A DNA stretch of 64,000 bases. Source: Octopus bimaculoides (taxonomy: Eukaryota). Positions 25,258 to 39,149 of this stretch are shown one piece after another. Where the stretch lies: the NCBI RefSeq assembly GCF_001194135.2, contig NC_068981.1, forward strand, positions 98,062,931-98,126,930, written 5' to 3'. Both the position numbers and the translations under genes were made by a program. Each line of letters begins with the position of its first letter. The stretch's first letter is position 1. The notes below the pieces were generated by a model. That model made no database searches. It was not told where the DNA came from and was given only the letters and a program-made list of their open reading frames with translations.

Positions 25258-26959
25258 TCAGATACAGAATATATAGGATTTCCAGTGTGTATCTTCATTT
25301 CTTTAAGACTAGAGGCCACACAGTTTGATGAAGATTTGGCTGTTACTTCTTCTAGCAAGTTGAGTAAACCATGTAGAGATTCTTTCAGTAGTACATATAA
25401 GAAACAAATTAATCCAGCTTACACCACAACTTAAACACTTAAATAATTTTCTTCATTTCACTTAAAGGTTACAGATTCTATAGCCACTGTTCTGAGAGAG
25501 AGAGAAACAAACAGACAGATAGAGGGAAACAGACAACCGTGTGTGTGTGAGAGGTAGAGAGAAAGAAAATCAGGTGTTGTAATGCTTTAAAATTCTTTGG
25601 ATACAATTTAGAACATGCTTGTTTTGTTTTTATATCCTATGCTATTTTAATCATAGAACCTCTTGCCAGTATCCTAAAGGCAGTTAAAATAGTCAACTAA
25701 CATTATACAAATTTTTACTTTATTTTTCCATCTGTTGTAATATTACATCACCTACAACAATCCATTTTGACAGATTTGGAATGGTAGAATCATTAGAAGG
25801 TCATACAAAACGTCTTATAGCATCTGTTCTACTTTTTAGCAATTTAAGTTCAAATCTTGCTAAGGTCTATTTAGCCTTTCATTTTTCCACAGGATTGATA
25901 AACTGAAGAACCAGCCCAGTACCAGTACCTTTATTTTATAACAATTAGCTATTCCCTCTCCAACAAAATTTGAAATCTTATGCTTCCTTTTTAAAAATTT
26001 TTAATATCAAGGACTACATTGGCAGTGAGCTAGCAGAACTACTAAGGCATCAGAAAGAATACTTTATGGTATATGATCCTTCTCTTTATGTTCTGAGTTC
26101 AAACCCTTCAATGTCAACTTTTATGGCAGCAAAATGTTTAGTGGCATTTTGTCCATTTTTACATTCTGAATTCATATTTCGCCAAGGCTGACTTTGCCTT
26201 TCATCCTTTCGGAGTCCATAAAATAAATACCAGTTGAATACTGGGGTTGATGTAATTGACTTGCCCCCCTCCGCCAAACTTGCTGGCCTTGTGCCAAAAT
26301 TCGTAATTAACATCTAGGACTACATTGCATAGTGTGTTGTTCCCCTTTTAAGACAGCAGTATGTGAACTGAAGGAAACTTGGCAGCTGTTTCTTAAGGTT
26401 GAGATAACCTTGTAGATATTCCCTTGTTGATTCCTTGCTAGTGTTATTAACATGTAAAAATTTGATACACTATAGAAAATGCTAAAAAAAAAAATATAGC
26501 TTCTTTCATATTTCCCATAAAGATTTAAAATAGACAAAATATAGTGACAGAATATAATGCAATTCTTAACTGAACTGAAAAGCCTATCTAAACCATAAAG
26601 ATTACATACAAACAGATCACATACAGCTTGTCAAGTCTTCAATAAGAATTTTCTACTGCTTCTTTAACTGTAGTCAATCTGGTGACTGCTTTTGTCACAT
26701 GCACACACTACAGTCTTCTCTTTCTCTCTCTACAAATATTTTGCAGAGATAAACCACAAGCTCTTGTATATTTACAGAGTGCATTTCATAATGATTTATT
26801 TTCTTTTGTTAATTTACTAATTCAATAAATAGCTACATTGTTATACAGCTCTGTAAAAAAAAAAGGGCAGCAATTAACTGAACTAAAGTGGAAAACAGAT
26901 AAATTACAAAGATTCTACTAGAAAGACTTCACAGAATATGGCACTCATTAACCCTACAT

Positions 26960-27535
26960 CAGTGGTCCCAAACATATTTGTACCACGGACCAGTTTCATG
27001 TAAGACAATTTTTCCATGGGCTAGGGAATCGTGTGCATAACAAAACATAATTAAGTGCATAAAATAAAAATATTACTCCTTTCGATCATCAATGACCACA
27101 GGATTACACCTAGAAAGTTANNNNNNNNNNTCCTCTCCACTGATGTTATCCAAGAGAAAGGTAAATATCGATACAGCTTGGCACCAATGATGTCGTAACT
27201 CATTTCTACAGCTGAGTGAACTGGAGCAATGTGAAATAAAGTGTTTTGCTCAAGGACACAACATACAGTCTGGGAATCGAACTCATTAACTCATGATTGT
27301 GAGCCTGACACTCCAACCACTGAGCCATGCATCTTCAAAGTGCATAATGAAATGCATAATGTATAATTTAATTGTTACATATGTAATACATAAACAAAAT
27401 ACATATATAATGCAAAGATACCCTGCAGACTGTGATAGTCAATAAAATCTAAAAATCAATAAATACAGGGTCCTGAACAGCTGCTCTCAGTTTGTGCTGG
27501 TTGCCATTGAGACATCAGTTGTTCTGGAGACTGTG
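26960..27535. mobile_element. Degenerate hAT (MER1-like) MITE containing a SINE
   Basis: Start cagtggtcccaaacatatttgtaccacggaccagtttcatgtaagacaatttttcca resembles Charlie MITE ends; right end decayed, no clean TSD. Confidence 0.5.
27063..27337 (-). mobile_element. tRNA-headed SINE with CORE-like block, nested in a hAT-like MITE
   Basis: Minus strand: gcatggctcagtggttggagtgtcaggc ... gagttcgattccc ... gtgtccttgagcaaaacac. TSD aagtgcataa at 27053-27062 and 27338-27347. Confidence 0.8.
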
Positions 27536-28759
27536 TACTACAGATTTCCTCAGCAAAATAGGGATAATGATGGCCCGTCNNNNNNNNNNCTCAGCAAAAT
27601 AGGGATAATGATGGCCCGTCAGTGAAATGAGCCCCACGAAGTGGAGGGGTTGCAGCAATGAGTGTTGCTGGCCATTCTCTGCAGCAACGCCATCACAGTC
27701 ATTATCGTGAGGTGCAGCTGAACACATCATTTGTTTTGGGGTATGTAGCCCATCGCCCCTTCTCCCTTCATCTTCTGCTTGAACACATCATTTGTTTTGG
27801 GGTATGTAGCCCATCGCCCCTTCTCCCTTCATCTTCTGCTGATTTACCCCACTATTTTCTTCTTTTCGTTCTTATCTCTCTTTTTCTTGTTTCTTTGTAA
27901 CAAGACAATTGGTAAATAAAATGAGGTTCATTATTTGATATCTAATAAAACAGCCCATTACCATGGCCAGGTTGTTAGGGACCCCTGCATTACATGACTG
28001 GCAAAAGAATCTGGTAGAAAATATTTAATAAGCATTCAGAAACAGACACTTGCATATCTACATTGCAAAACAGAGATATGATTTGTGCACTATATGGCAT
28101 TTGCTGTAAACTCAGATTGGAATAATATTGATTTAATTTCTAACCGTCACAGTTGTAGGGAAAAATTAGAGTTTATTTGATCCTTAAACAGCAAGCATCA
28201 TCGATTGATGATTCAAAAATGTTACATGGATATATAACCATCATCAAAGAAAAATTAATAATTTACAGCACTTTTCAATAACTAGATTGCAACTTTCATT
28301 GTGCAAGAGGCTAACAATTATTATAGATTTTGTACTTATTTAAAGTGAAAAATAAGTATAAAAACCATCCTTAAGAAAAAGAAATATTCTTTTTTGTCTT
28401 TTGCTTGTTTGGCACACATTCATGCAAACCTTTCCTACCATTTAGTATTTAAACAGATCATATCTGACTCAAATATTCTACCTATTTTATGTTCAAACTG
28501 GCCAGATCTAACCTATCATACCTACCCTACAATATCATTCTAAAAAAGAATCTCATCATTGAAATCCCAAAGCTATAAGGGAATGCTTGACTGATTCAAA
28601 ACAATATAAATAAATAAGCATTACATTTGACAAAATAATCTCAATGCTAAAGAGTTAATCTATTATGTTTTATTGACCATAGAGGGATGAAGGGAAACAA
28701 CTCTAGCATGGTTTACTTCTAATTAGCAGAGGAGAAAAGCCAGTATATCAGTGCCGAAA

Positions 28760-29171
28760 TAGAGGGTTTCCCAACCAGCGTTAGATTTGTACTGACCAAT
28801 TTTAGAAAATTTACCGATCAACTTCAGAATTATTTTTTTGATACACGTTTCTAAATAAAATATCTTGAACCCAACTATATATTTTTAATATGTACTCTTA
28901 TAATCAGAAATTTTACCACTATATAACCATGATATCAATTAAAGATTTTTTGAATGAAACTTGCATATATATATTTTATTGACTATATAAATATAGTGGT
29001 AAAATTTCTGATTATAAGCATACATATTAAAAATATTTGGGCTCAAGATATTTTATTCAGAAATATGTATCAAAACAATAATTCTGAAGTTGATTAGCAA
29101 ATTTTCTAAAATTGGTTGGTACAAATCTAAAATTCATTGGTACTAATCTAAAGTTGGCCAGAAAACCCTAT
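28760..29171. repeat. Foldback element with arms of about 165 bp
   Basis: tagagggttt...ccactatata / atatagtggtaaaatttctgattata...aaaaccctat; spacer about 28926-28990. Confidence 0.85.
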
Positions 29172-29731
29172 AAATATTGGAAAACATTTAACCAGGTTTT
29201 CTACAAGGTCTGTCAATTTTCACCCAATGAAGGAATCTCTAATTAGTCACTCCATTTGCTAGAAATAGTAGCTAAAACAACATATTGCTGTCTTTAAAAA
29301 GGACAATCAAGATTTATATCTAGAGACAATATGCATTAAAAAAAAACAGGATGGTTGTGATTAGAATGCTTTTGATCACAGGTCTATTCAATAAGGCCAA
29401 CTTGAGGCTAAACAACAATAACAATCTGCTCCTCTTTAAGTAGAAATTAAAATAAGAATAAAAATAGAACACAAAACAAGATTAGAAAGGGAAAATTTTA
29501 AAATATATGAAAGTATGCCACTTCCTGGATGCTTTGGAAAACAAATTGGCAAAGAGAGGGAAAAAGTGAGAGGCAGACATAAACAGAAGAAAAGATAGAA
29601 GCAAGCACAACAAACAGCGAGAAGAGTTGAATCCTGACATATGTTAAATAAGGATAAACTTTAAAGTGGAAGTGACTGAAGTTCAAATGTTCAAAAGGAG
29701 CTCAAAGACATTTATCATTTCTGAATGGTAT

Positions 29732-30418
29732 TTAACCCTTTAGTGTTCATATTACTCTATCAAATGTAGTGCTTATTTATTCACATGATTTTGAATAAAT
29801 TATGCATTATCTTTTTTTTTTTCTTTTCATCTTGTATCTGTTTCAGTCATTAGACTGCAGCCATGTTGGGGCACTACACTGAAAAACATTTTAGCTGAAT
29901 GAATTTTCCCTAGTACTTACTCTTTTCTTTAAGCTTGGTGCTTAGCGGTCTCTTTTTGCCAAACTGCTAAGTCACAAGGACATAAACAAACCAACACCAG
30001 TCGTTGAACAGTGGTGGGGGACAAACACAAAGACACACACACGCAAGCACATACATATACACAATGGGCTTCTTTCAGTTTCTAACTACCAAATCTACTC
30101 ACAAGGCTTTGATTACTGCAGAAAACACTTGCCCAAGGTGTCACACAATGGAACTGAACCCAGAACCATGTGAAAGAAAGAAAAGAAGAAAAAGGTGGGG
30201 TAAATCAGCAGAAGATGAAGGGAGAAGGGGCGATGGGCTACATACCCCAAAACAAATGTGTTCAGCTGCACCTCACGATAAGATTTAAGATTTTGATGAT
30301 GTGATTGTTTATTTTTAGAAAGACATTGCAGGGTAGGTGTGACATGCGAGATCTGGCCAGTTTGGCTATAAAGTATGTAGGATATTTGGGCCAGATATGA
30401 CTGGTTTAAATGCTAATG
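29732..30418 (+). mobile_element. piggyBac-like MITE family E interrupted by SINE B
   Basis: ttaaccctttagtgttc start; body resumes at 30282. Confidence 0.8.
29825..30172 (-). mobile_element. SINE family B, 5'-truncated, inserted in a family E MITE
   Basis: Interrupts the MITE after atgcattatct. Its 5' end is replaced by a 109-bp foreign segment (see findings). Confidence 0.85.
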
Positions 30419-32472
30419 AATATAAAATCTACTATTATTAATTTAAGCTCCATTTTCTATATAAATGTATTTACTTGCTCAAAAATGAATTTTAAATCAC
30501 TATACAAGCTGTAATTTGAAATTTAAAAACAAACCCAAAAAAATGTAAACTGAACAAGAAGAATATTCCTGAACTTAGAGAAGCATATATTGTAGTTATA
30601 GTTTTAAAAAATACTAATGCTACCCATAAGGAATTTCAGAAAACATATCTACAAAATATAGGTTACATTGCACAAGAATACGGAAAAGAACAAATGTGAC
30701 ACCAGCAATAATTAACTCCCATTTTAGCTTTAAATGACAGAAAGAAAAAAAAAGAAAAAAAAAAAAAGAGAGATCAAATCTAATAATATGGCAACACTAT
30801 AGAAATTTTCATTACTTGGAACTGCTTAAGAAGACCTTTCATCTCTTGCAACTTGATAAGAAGGAACTTCGCTAATTTTCATTTAATACTGATAAGTAAA
30901 ATTTGTGAACTTGCTATATGAAAAAGATACAATAGATAGTTTTATAATTATTATCAACATAGTAGACATAGTGGTGCTAGAAGTATATTCTCTGTGAACT
31001 AAATCAATGGCTAGCCTTTCAATTCTTCGTTGGAATATTACATGTATCACTAATGACATAGCTGAAAAAGCATAAAAATTACAAATTCTTATATCAATTC
31101 TATCAACCTGAGGCATAAAGCCTATGAAAGAAATTATTATTGATCATGATCATCAATAGAAAGTTTGCACATGATATGGATGAACAATATCTGCATCTTA
31201 ATAGCATATCATGTGTGCAATCAAACCTTCCAAACTCAAGTTTACATCATCACAGATCTTCCCTGATTTCCTGATTTACTCTCTGTTATTCCACATGCTC
31301 TCAAGTATCATCATCTTAAATCACAACTCACACATTCACTCTTACACGATAAGCTAGACAATGAAACAAAATAGATGATACCATCAATCCCAACACTAGT
31401 GAAAGTTATCCCTCACACACACCACATACTCTTTTCTTTAAGCTTGGTGCTTAGCGGTCTCTTTTTGCCAAACTGCACGCACGCACACACACACACACGT
31501 ATATGTTCTGGGTCTGACATTATATTGCATTTGGTTGTGGGGAGCATGGAGTCACCTCTTAATTACCATTACATCCAGATATGTTCTGACGCTGAATGGT
31601 AGTACTTGTCAGGGTCCCATCTATGGGTTAAACAGATATACCAGGAATAGAAAAGGTTCCTGTTATTTTTGACAAAGCCAGGGAAAAGACAACTCTTCTA
31701 GAAGAAAGAAACTCTAACATAAAACTTGAAGTCAAAAACATTACCAATCATCCTGCCATGCTTCTCACTGAAATCTACTATGATGACCAAGAGAGTGGCA
31801 AAAATATTGTACAAGCTTTTGTCACTTAAATCCAATGATATGCAGGTGTTTCACTATCATTTCATTTCTTGATTTGATTTGTATTTTATAAAGTTCTATG
31901 GTAATGGATATCCACACACATGCAAGGATGAAAGTAAAGCAGAGTAAACAGGCTGAAAGTGAGACAGCTATCATCTAATAAGTCTTTTACTTCATCAACT
32001 CCAGGCAGTATGAAAGGCAAAGTTGAGTGCAGTGAGATTTGAACCTAGAATGTAAACAGCCAGAACATCCAGCCTTCAATAAGTCTATACACAGACATAC
32101 ACACACATATATATGTATGTGGAGTTGATAAAGTAAAAGACTAGTCAGATGATAGCTGTCTCACTTTCAGTCTGATTATTCACATTTACTATCATCCATT
32201 GCCATAGATCTTTATAAAATACAAATCAGATCAAGAAATGTGTGTGTGTGTGTGTGTGTGAGGGGGACAGAGAGAGAGAGAGAGAGGGGGGGGGTGTTTG
32301 GCATTTGGATGGGGCATCCAGCTGTAAAAACCATGTCAAAACAGACACAGAAGCCTGGTGTAGTCTTCTGTCTGGTTGGTTCCTGTCAAGCTGTCCAAAC
32401 TATGCCAGCATGGAAGGCAGATGTTTGATGATGATGATGATGATGATGACATATATATATATATATATATAT

Positions 32473-33710
32473 TGATGCAACGACCGAAAATACAATTAGC
32501 ATTATATCCCTATTTCCCGGGTTGGGTTTTGAACCCGTACTCTGGTCAGTTGGGGAGAATGGTATTTCCTTTGTCTTGTCGGCAACCACAGCTATTTTTA
32601 GCGTAGCTGCCCCTTTCCGGTCAGCGAAAGTTCAAAAACGGCAGGATGACCCATCTTGGCAGGGGGTAAAGTAGCACAATGAGCTATGGTATTTGGGATG
32701 AATAGGAGAATGAGAANNNNNNNNNNNNNNNNNNNNNNNNNNNNNNNNNNNNNNNNNNNNNNNNNNNNNNNNNNNNNNNNNNNNNNNNNNNNNNNNNNNN
32801 NNNNNNNNNNNNNNNNNNNNNNNNNNNNNNNNNNNNNNNNNNNNNNNNNNNNNNNNNNNNNNNNNNNNNNNNNNNNNNNNNNNNNNNNNNNNNNNNNNNN
32901 NNNNNNNNNNNNNNNNNNNNNNNNNNNNNNNNNNNNNNNNNNNNNNNNNNNNNNNNNNNNNNNNNNNNNNNNNNNNNNNNNNNNNNNNNNNNNNNNNNNN
33001 NNNNNNNNNNNNNNNNNNNNNNNNNNNNNNNNNNNNNNNNNNNNNNNNNNNNNNNNNNNNNNNNNNNNNNNNNNNNNNNNNNNNNNNNNNNNNNNNNNNN
33101 NNNNNNNNNNNNNNNNNNNNNNNNNNNNNNNNNNNNNNNNNNNNNNNNNNNNNNNNNNNNNNNNNNNNNNNNNNNNNNNNNNNNNNNNNNNNNNNNNNNN
33201 NNNNNNNNNNNNNNNNNNNNNNNNNNNNNNNNNNNNNNNNNNNNNNNNNNNNNNNNNNNNNNNNNNNNNNNNNNNNNNNNNNNNNNNNNNNNNNNNNNNN
33301 NNNNNNNNNNNNNNNNNNNNNNNNNNNNNNNNNNNNNNNNNNNNNNNNNNNNNNNNNNNNNNNNNNNNNNNNNNNNNNNNNNNNNNNNNNNNNNNNNNNN
33401 NNNACTGTCATGCCATGTATTGGAATTGTTATTATGTAATGCTCTATTCTAATGTTTTAAATGTATTCTGTGATGTTATGTATGTAAAAAGAAAAGGTTA
33501 CCCAACGCATGGTCTTTGTGTTGTTTCTTCCTCCCTGTCCTATTTGCCTGTGTTGTTCTTCGTTACGTGCTCCAGCCGGGGCTTTATTATCGCGGTCAGG
33601 TGACCGACAGACGAATTTGCTAGCTCACTGAGCGTTTGAACGTTCGCGCGTGCGCAGGTCCCCCCCCCTTCGGTGTTAAGGAGGTGCTTCGCGTGCGGGC
33701 GTTCGTAACA
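32473..33710. mobile_element. Possible solo LTR (TG...CA) inserted in a TA microsatellite, interrupted by a 687-N gap
   Basis: Starts tgatgcaacg and ends ttcgtaaca, with (TA)n on both sides; strongly CpG-rich compared with its surroundings. Confidence 0.45.
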
Positions 33711-35439
33711 ATATATATATATGAGAGAGAGAGAGAGAGACCAGGCTTGGGCATCCTTTTTTAAGAAGTGGGTCACATGAGACAAGGTTCATCATGAAGT
33801 AGATTGTACTTCTAAAATATTCCAGTTAATTTTTCATAGGCATTCCATTCAGAAAGCACACAGTCCTCAGTGTACAATTGACTGATATAGGTGTGTGTGT
33901 GGGTTTGAGAGATGAACACTGAAACTCATTGCATGTATGTGTCTTTGTTTACACGGCACTCTGATAAGTTCTGATCTACAAGTAGTGGTGGTGGTAGTGG
34001 TGTCACTTCTGTCAACAAATTATCTGCTCACTTCATGCTTTTAAGGACATGTGAAATAAGAGATCCCTTACTTGTAAAACAGGTAAAGCTTAGTGACAGG
34101 AATGGCATACAACTGTAACAATATCTGAACAATGTATTTGTCTAACCCATGCCAGGATGTAAAAGCAAAGAATACACGTGTGTGTAAGTATGTTTGTGGC
34201 TGGGACATATGTAAGTCCTGTTGTGTGTGTGTATTTTAGTTAATCACATTAACTCCAGAACTTATTCAGTCTTATACTTATTTTACCCAGCTTTATTCAT
34301 TGAAAGGCTGGTTGTCTACTCTCTGTGTGTGTACTTGTTTGTATGCATGTATGCATGCATAACTGTGCATTATGTAATAAAATGGGCAATTCTTTGGAGG
34401 GGCTCAAGAGTCATATAAGGGCCTCACATTGCATTATCAATGAATCATTTTAATGATTCTTTCTAGCAATGGCTTTGCTCATATACGAGAAAGCAGTATG
34501 TATGTATGGATAGATGGATGGATGGATGGATGCATGCATGCTTGCTTGCATAATGATATACAAATATTTAAATATTTTATAGCTGTTAGGGCACTTTGTA
34601 AAGGTTTTTGGTAATATAATATATTTATGCATGAGTATGAGATATCCATGGAGTATGCAAAGATATCCACACAGTTCTCTTTTTTATTATGTTTCTTACA
34701 AACAAAAAAATTTGATTTATGTTCTTGGTTGTCTTTCACAAGAAGTTTCCACATATATCTGTTAACATGATGTTACAGATGTTGATCTGTGGTGATAGAA
34801 AGATAGAGCTGTGAATTTTAAAGATGAACACGTGTGTGTGTATGTGCGCGTGTGTATACTTGGCGTGTGTATGTGAATATCGCTATAATGTAGAACATTT
34901 CAGTCTCTTTATTTTCAGCTGCTTTTATATTGTAAAATTAATATCATAGACAAACATATTTTATCAAAATAAGCAATTAAAACAGAAACACATATTCAGG
35001 ACAAAAACACAGGACTTAGTATTTAATCCTTTTCATATCAACCTGCTTGAAACAGTCCTTGGTTCTATGATAGAAACTGTTGTAAAGCGGTTTAAATTAA
35101 AACCTTCCATCAAACTTTCACACTAAGTTCCAAACATCAGATTAATAATGACAAAATTATTTTACTAAATCCTTCATCATTTTCAAAATTAATCGAAACA
35201 GAAGTAGTTTATTTCAACATTAATGTGATGATAAAAGAGTTAGTTCATTAATACAGGGCTTGTTCTTACTGATACTAACAAGAAAAAAGCATGGAGGAAT
35301 TATTTGGGAGAATAATGAATAAGATAAATAAATGCATGAGAGAGATGGCCTACTCAAGAGGACCCAATAAAGGGACCAGCTATTTAATTTGATTCAAGAT
35401 TAAAATAATCTTGGAACAATTTAAAATAGCCTCAAAACA

Positions 35440-35720
35440 AATTAAACAAGAGCACTCAGAGAGTGCAAACCTCCACCAAGGCAACACCAACATCCTCTCA
35501 ACAATTAGCCAGAGATGATTTTTAAAATGAGAATATCTGAAATAAACTCGACTGCTCTCACAAACGAGAATACTAAAAATGAACCCAACCACTCTCAAAA
35601 ATTAAGTAAAAAAAAAACATGAAAAATAATCCAGAATCCTTATCTGATCAATCCCCAAAATCTAATCAGTTCTTGTCAGTCACGAGGCCAAACATCTCTG
35701 AAAGTTTCATCCAATTATTT
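35440..35720. mobile_element. Unclassified non-autonomous DNA element (HINE/DINE-1-like)
   Basis: aaacaagagcactcagagagtgcaaacctccaccaaggc and ccaaaatctaatcagttctt are motifs I associate with this class; not confirmed. Confidence 0.35.
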
Positions 35721-36189
35721 TGCTTTGAGCTTAATTGTGTTGCAAAGGTGTAGAAAGTAATACAGGTACAACACTGACTTCTGAGATACAGATGGTCCAG
35801 AACCTCTTATCATCTGCATTAATTAACAAGTAGGAACTTCAAATTCTCACAGCTGCCAGACTAGTTTACAGGTACCTTGCACAGTACAGTACTAATAAAC
35901 TTGTGTCATTTATACTAATATACAGGTATTTGTTTTTCATTTATTATTTAAGTAAACTTAGTGTTTGGTTAATTCAGAGTGTGTAAACCAAGCAATTCAT
36001 CCCTGCTTCAGAAAAATTACTAATTTAGAAAGATTTTGAAATCACAGATCCCAGAAAATTGATGTTGTACCTATAGTACATCTTATACATGAATATATGA
36101 CAGCCCAGTCCAACTTACACTTTCAGTCATTTTTTGTTATTTGCCCTCTATCCTTATAATAAAAATGACAAAAACCATAATTACATCTT

Positions 36190-36572
36190 TCATCTTTCAC
36201 TTGTTTCAGTCACTGGACAGTGACCATGCTGGGGCACTACCTTGAAGGGTTTAGGCAAACAAATTCACCCCAGTACTTATGTCTTTTTTAAATCCCGATA
36301 CTTATTCTATCAGTCCCTTTTGCTGAACCACTATGTTACAAGGACATAAACAAACCAACACCAGTTGTCAAAAAGTGGGAAGGAGACAAAAACAAACACA
36401 TGCATGCAGACACACACACATGCTTCTTTCAGTTTCCATGTGCCAAATCCACTTGTAAGGCTTTGGTTGGCCTGAAGCTACAACAGAAAACACTTATCCA
36501 AGGTACCACAGAGTGGGACTGACCCTGAAACTATGTGGTTGGGAAACAAACTTCCTATCATACAGCCACACC
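36190..36572 (-). mobile_element. SINE family B
   Basis: Full motif order present. Confidence 0.85.
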
Positions 36573-37170
36573 CATGTCTACAAGCAAAGAAATGTTTTGA
36601 AAACTTTTTCCAGTTGGATTATATGTTTTCCAAAAATAAACAGATTTCACTTTCTGCTTTATCTTACTTTAATATATTATTCTGAAACAATAGATCAATG
36701 TTCAGATAATCTTTCAATGCGGACAAAAATTCAAGTTTCACTTCCATTCAAAGATAACATAGTACTTTTTATTCTGGTCAGTAACACACTTTGTTTTATC
36801 AAGTTACAAAATGGAAAATTCTATTAAAAATACTTTCTTCTTTTAAATTCCACAGCCATATTACCATTGATAAAACCTCATCATGATTTAGATTCCCAGA
36901 AGCAATGGTTGGAAGTTCATTTAATTATGCCTCAAGAATTAACTCTTTCACATTCATATTATTCTGTAAAAAGTCATGCTTATTTATTCACATTGTTTTG
37001 TAGCTTGGAGATTTTGATGAAGTAAGTGCTAACTTTTAGAATGAAAAATGTAGGGTTGCTGTGAGAGGCTAGATCTGGCTGATTTGAACATAAAACTCGT
37101 AGAATATTTTGGTCGGATATGGCCTGTTTAAATGCTAAAGGGCTAAGCATGAAGGTAAGAAAGGACACCA

Positions 37171-37391
37171 TACAAGGTGGTGCTGAAAGGTTCCTGGCTT
37201 TAAGGATATTGCAAAAGGCCTGGTTGGAGGCTCAACCTTCTGAGCTCTTTTACAAGGCTTAGAAAAACTAAAGGACTGCTGCAATAAATGTGTGAATCTG
37301 AGAGGGGAATATGTTGAATAAAATCATAATTAACTGATCCTCCTATATTTTCTTTTGCCCAAAGCCAGGAACTTTTCAGCACCTCCTCATA
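37171..37391 (+). mobile_element. Mariner-derived MITE retaining the transposase C-terminus
   Basis: TA-caaggtggtgctgaaaggttcctggcttt ... aaagccaggaacttttcagcacctcctca-TA. Internal NKCVNLRGEYVE* matches the mariner C-terminal motif. Confidence 0.85.
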
Positions 37392-38020
37392 CAACAAACA
37401 GAATTTTCTAAAGTTGAAGAGAACAACATTACTGATTTGACATTGAAGTAGCTAAACAGGAATGTCTACAAGGACTGGCAAAATGATTTGTTGTTCACAA
37501 TGTCCCAAAGTAAATACCACTTGCTTGTGAGTCAGAGTAGGTCAAGAAAAATAAGTACAGTAGAGAAGAAATTGAAGCTAAATGGTTAGGTAGAATTGTG
37601 GATAATCATGTCATATGAACTAGTGTGGAATACAGCCAGGTGATTTTCTTACCATCAACAAATGACTCAGCAGTCAGACTACCTGAAGTTTCAAAGTACT
37701 CTTGAGATAATGAATACTAATAAGCACATTAGTTTGAGTTTAATGACAAAAACACATTCACTTGAACAGGACACCTGAACTATAGTTTTAGTCCACTAAA
37801 GAAATATAAGAAAGATTTAAACTGAGAGTATACTACATTGTTTTCTCAATATAGCTAGCTTCATAAAAATAAACTTAACACAGAATATAATATTTATATT
37901 CTGAAGTGACAAAAAAAGAAAATGTCTTAGATCAAGGTCTTTCAACAAAGAAGAAAAATTACTGTACCAAAAGGCATTAACTTACTATGAATATTTTGCT
38001 CTGAAGTGAATTATAATGTA

Positions 38021-38065
<45 letters not shown>

Positions 38066-39112
38066 ACATAGTTTCATATATATTTATTTAACTATTGTTT
38101 TCATATTATTATCACATAATTACATTAAAAACATCAAAACAATGAAATAACAAACAAACTGTAACTAAATAAATAACTCACGCACTCCTTGGAGTTTAAT
38201 AGAATAAAATTGGATTTATTAGCAATGCATTAATTGATAATGACAGAAGAAAACAAAAATAAAGGAATGAAGTCAGCTCCATGTTGTTAAAGAATAATTT
38301 TTCTAATCAAAATGACATTGATAAATGATGGAGAATGGAAGGAGTGTGCTGTTTGTTGGTTCTTTGTGTTTAGTTTAGTGTTTTGTTTTGATTTTTCTTT
38401 CATACTCTGCAAATGACTCAGCTGAATTTTATAGATTCTATTGGAAACATAGTGTTACAACCTGTAGAAACAACACTTCGAAGTAAAGAAAAAAAACCAC
38501 TGCATCAGTTTGCCTAAAGAAGAAACATGTACTCAATAAGCAAGACAGCATGTGTAGTTACAAAGATAATATATTATTGCTTTCTGACTTTTTCCATCAG
38601 TTAATGTTATTTTATCACCACCACTGCCACTATTGTCACCCTAAAACAACCATCTGTTAGCAAGTAAGATCATAATTCCAGAAAGTATATGAGTGAAGCT
38701 ATGACTTTGAAAATGGATAAACACTAACTGGTGAAAGAATAAGAAGACGGATGTATGTAATAAGTAATTAAATGAAATTGGTTTTAATACAATGGAGAAG
38801 CTGACAAGAGTAATAGCAGTTTATTATGTACCATGAGGTAGAATGTTTATGCGAAGAGGTTAAACTTTTCAGTATAAATGTTGTTGCTGTCATTACACTG
38901 CATTCACCCCCTACCCACCCCCACATATGAGGTTTAAAAAGGAGAAGAAAAAACACTCTTCATTTATATGATCAACTATAGGCTGCACTCCCAAATGCCC
39001 TGTTGACAGTAAGAAGGGCATTCATCTTCAAAACAGTTATTCTAACAATGTACAAATTTGAAAATTCCATGCACACTTGCAGAAAACTTCTGAAGAACAC
39101 AACTACACTTCA

Positions 39113-39149
<37 letters not shown>

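Noticed and set aside
27549-27620. 31-bp direct repeat flanking a 10-N gap
   Set aside because: A typical contig-overlap artefact.
37420-37860. Moderately complex region that could be an exon or transposase
   Set aside because: Stops in the frames I read and no motif I can recognise; a tBLASTx search would be needed.
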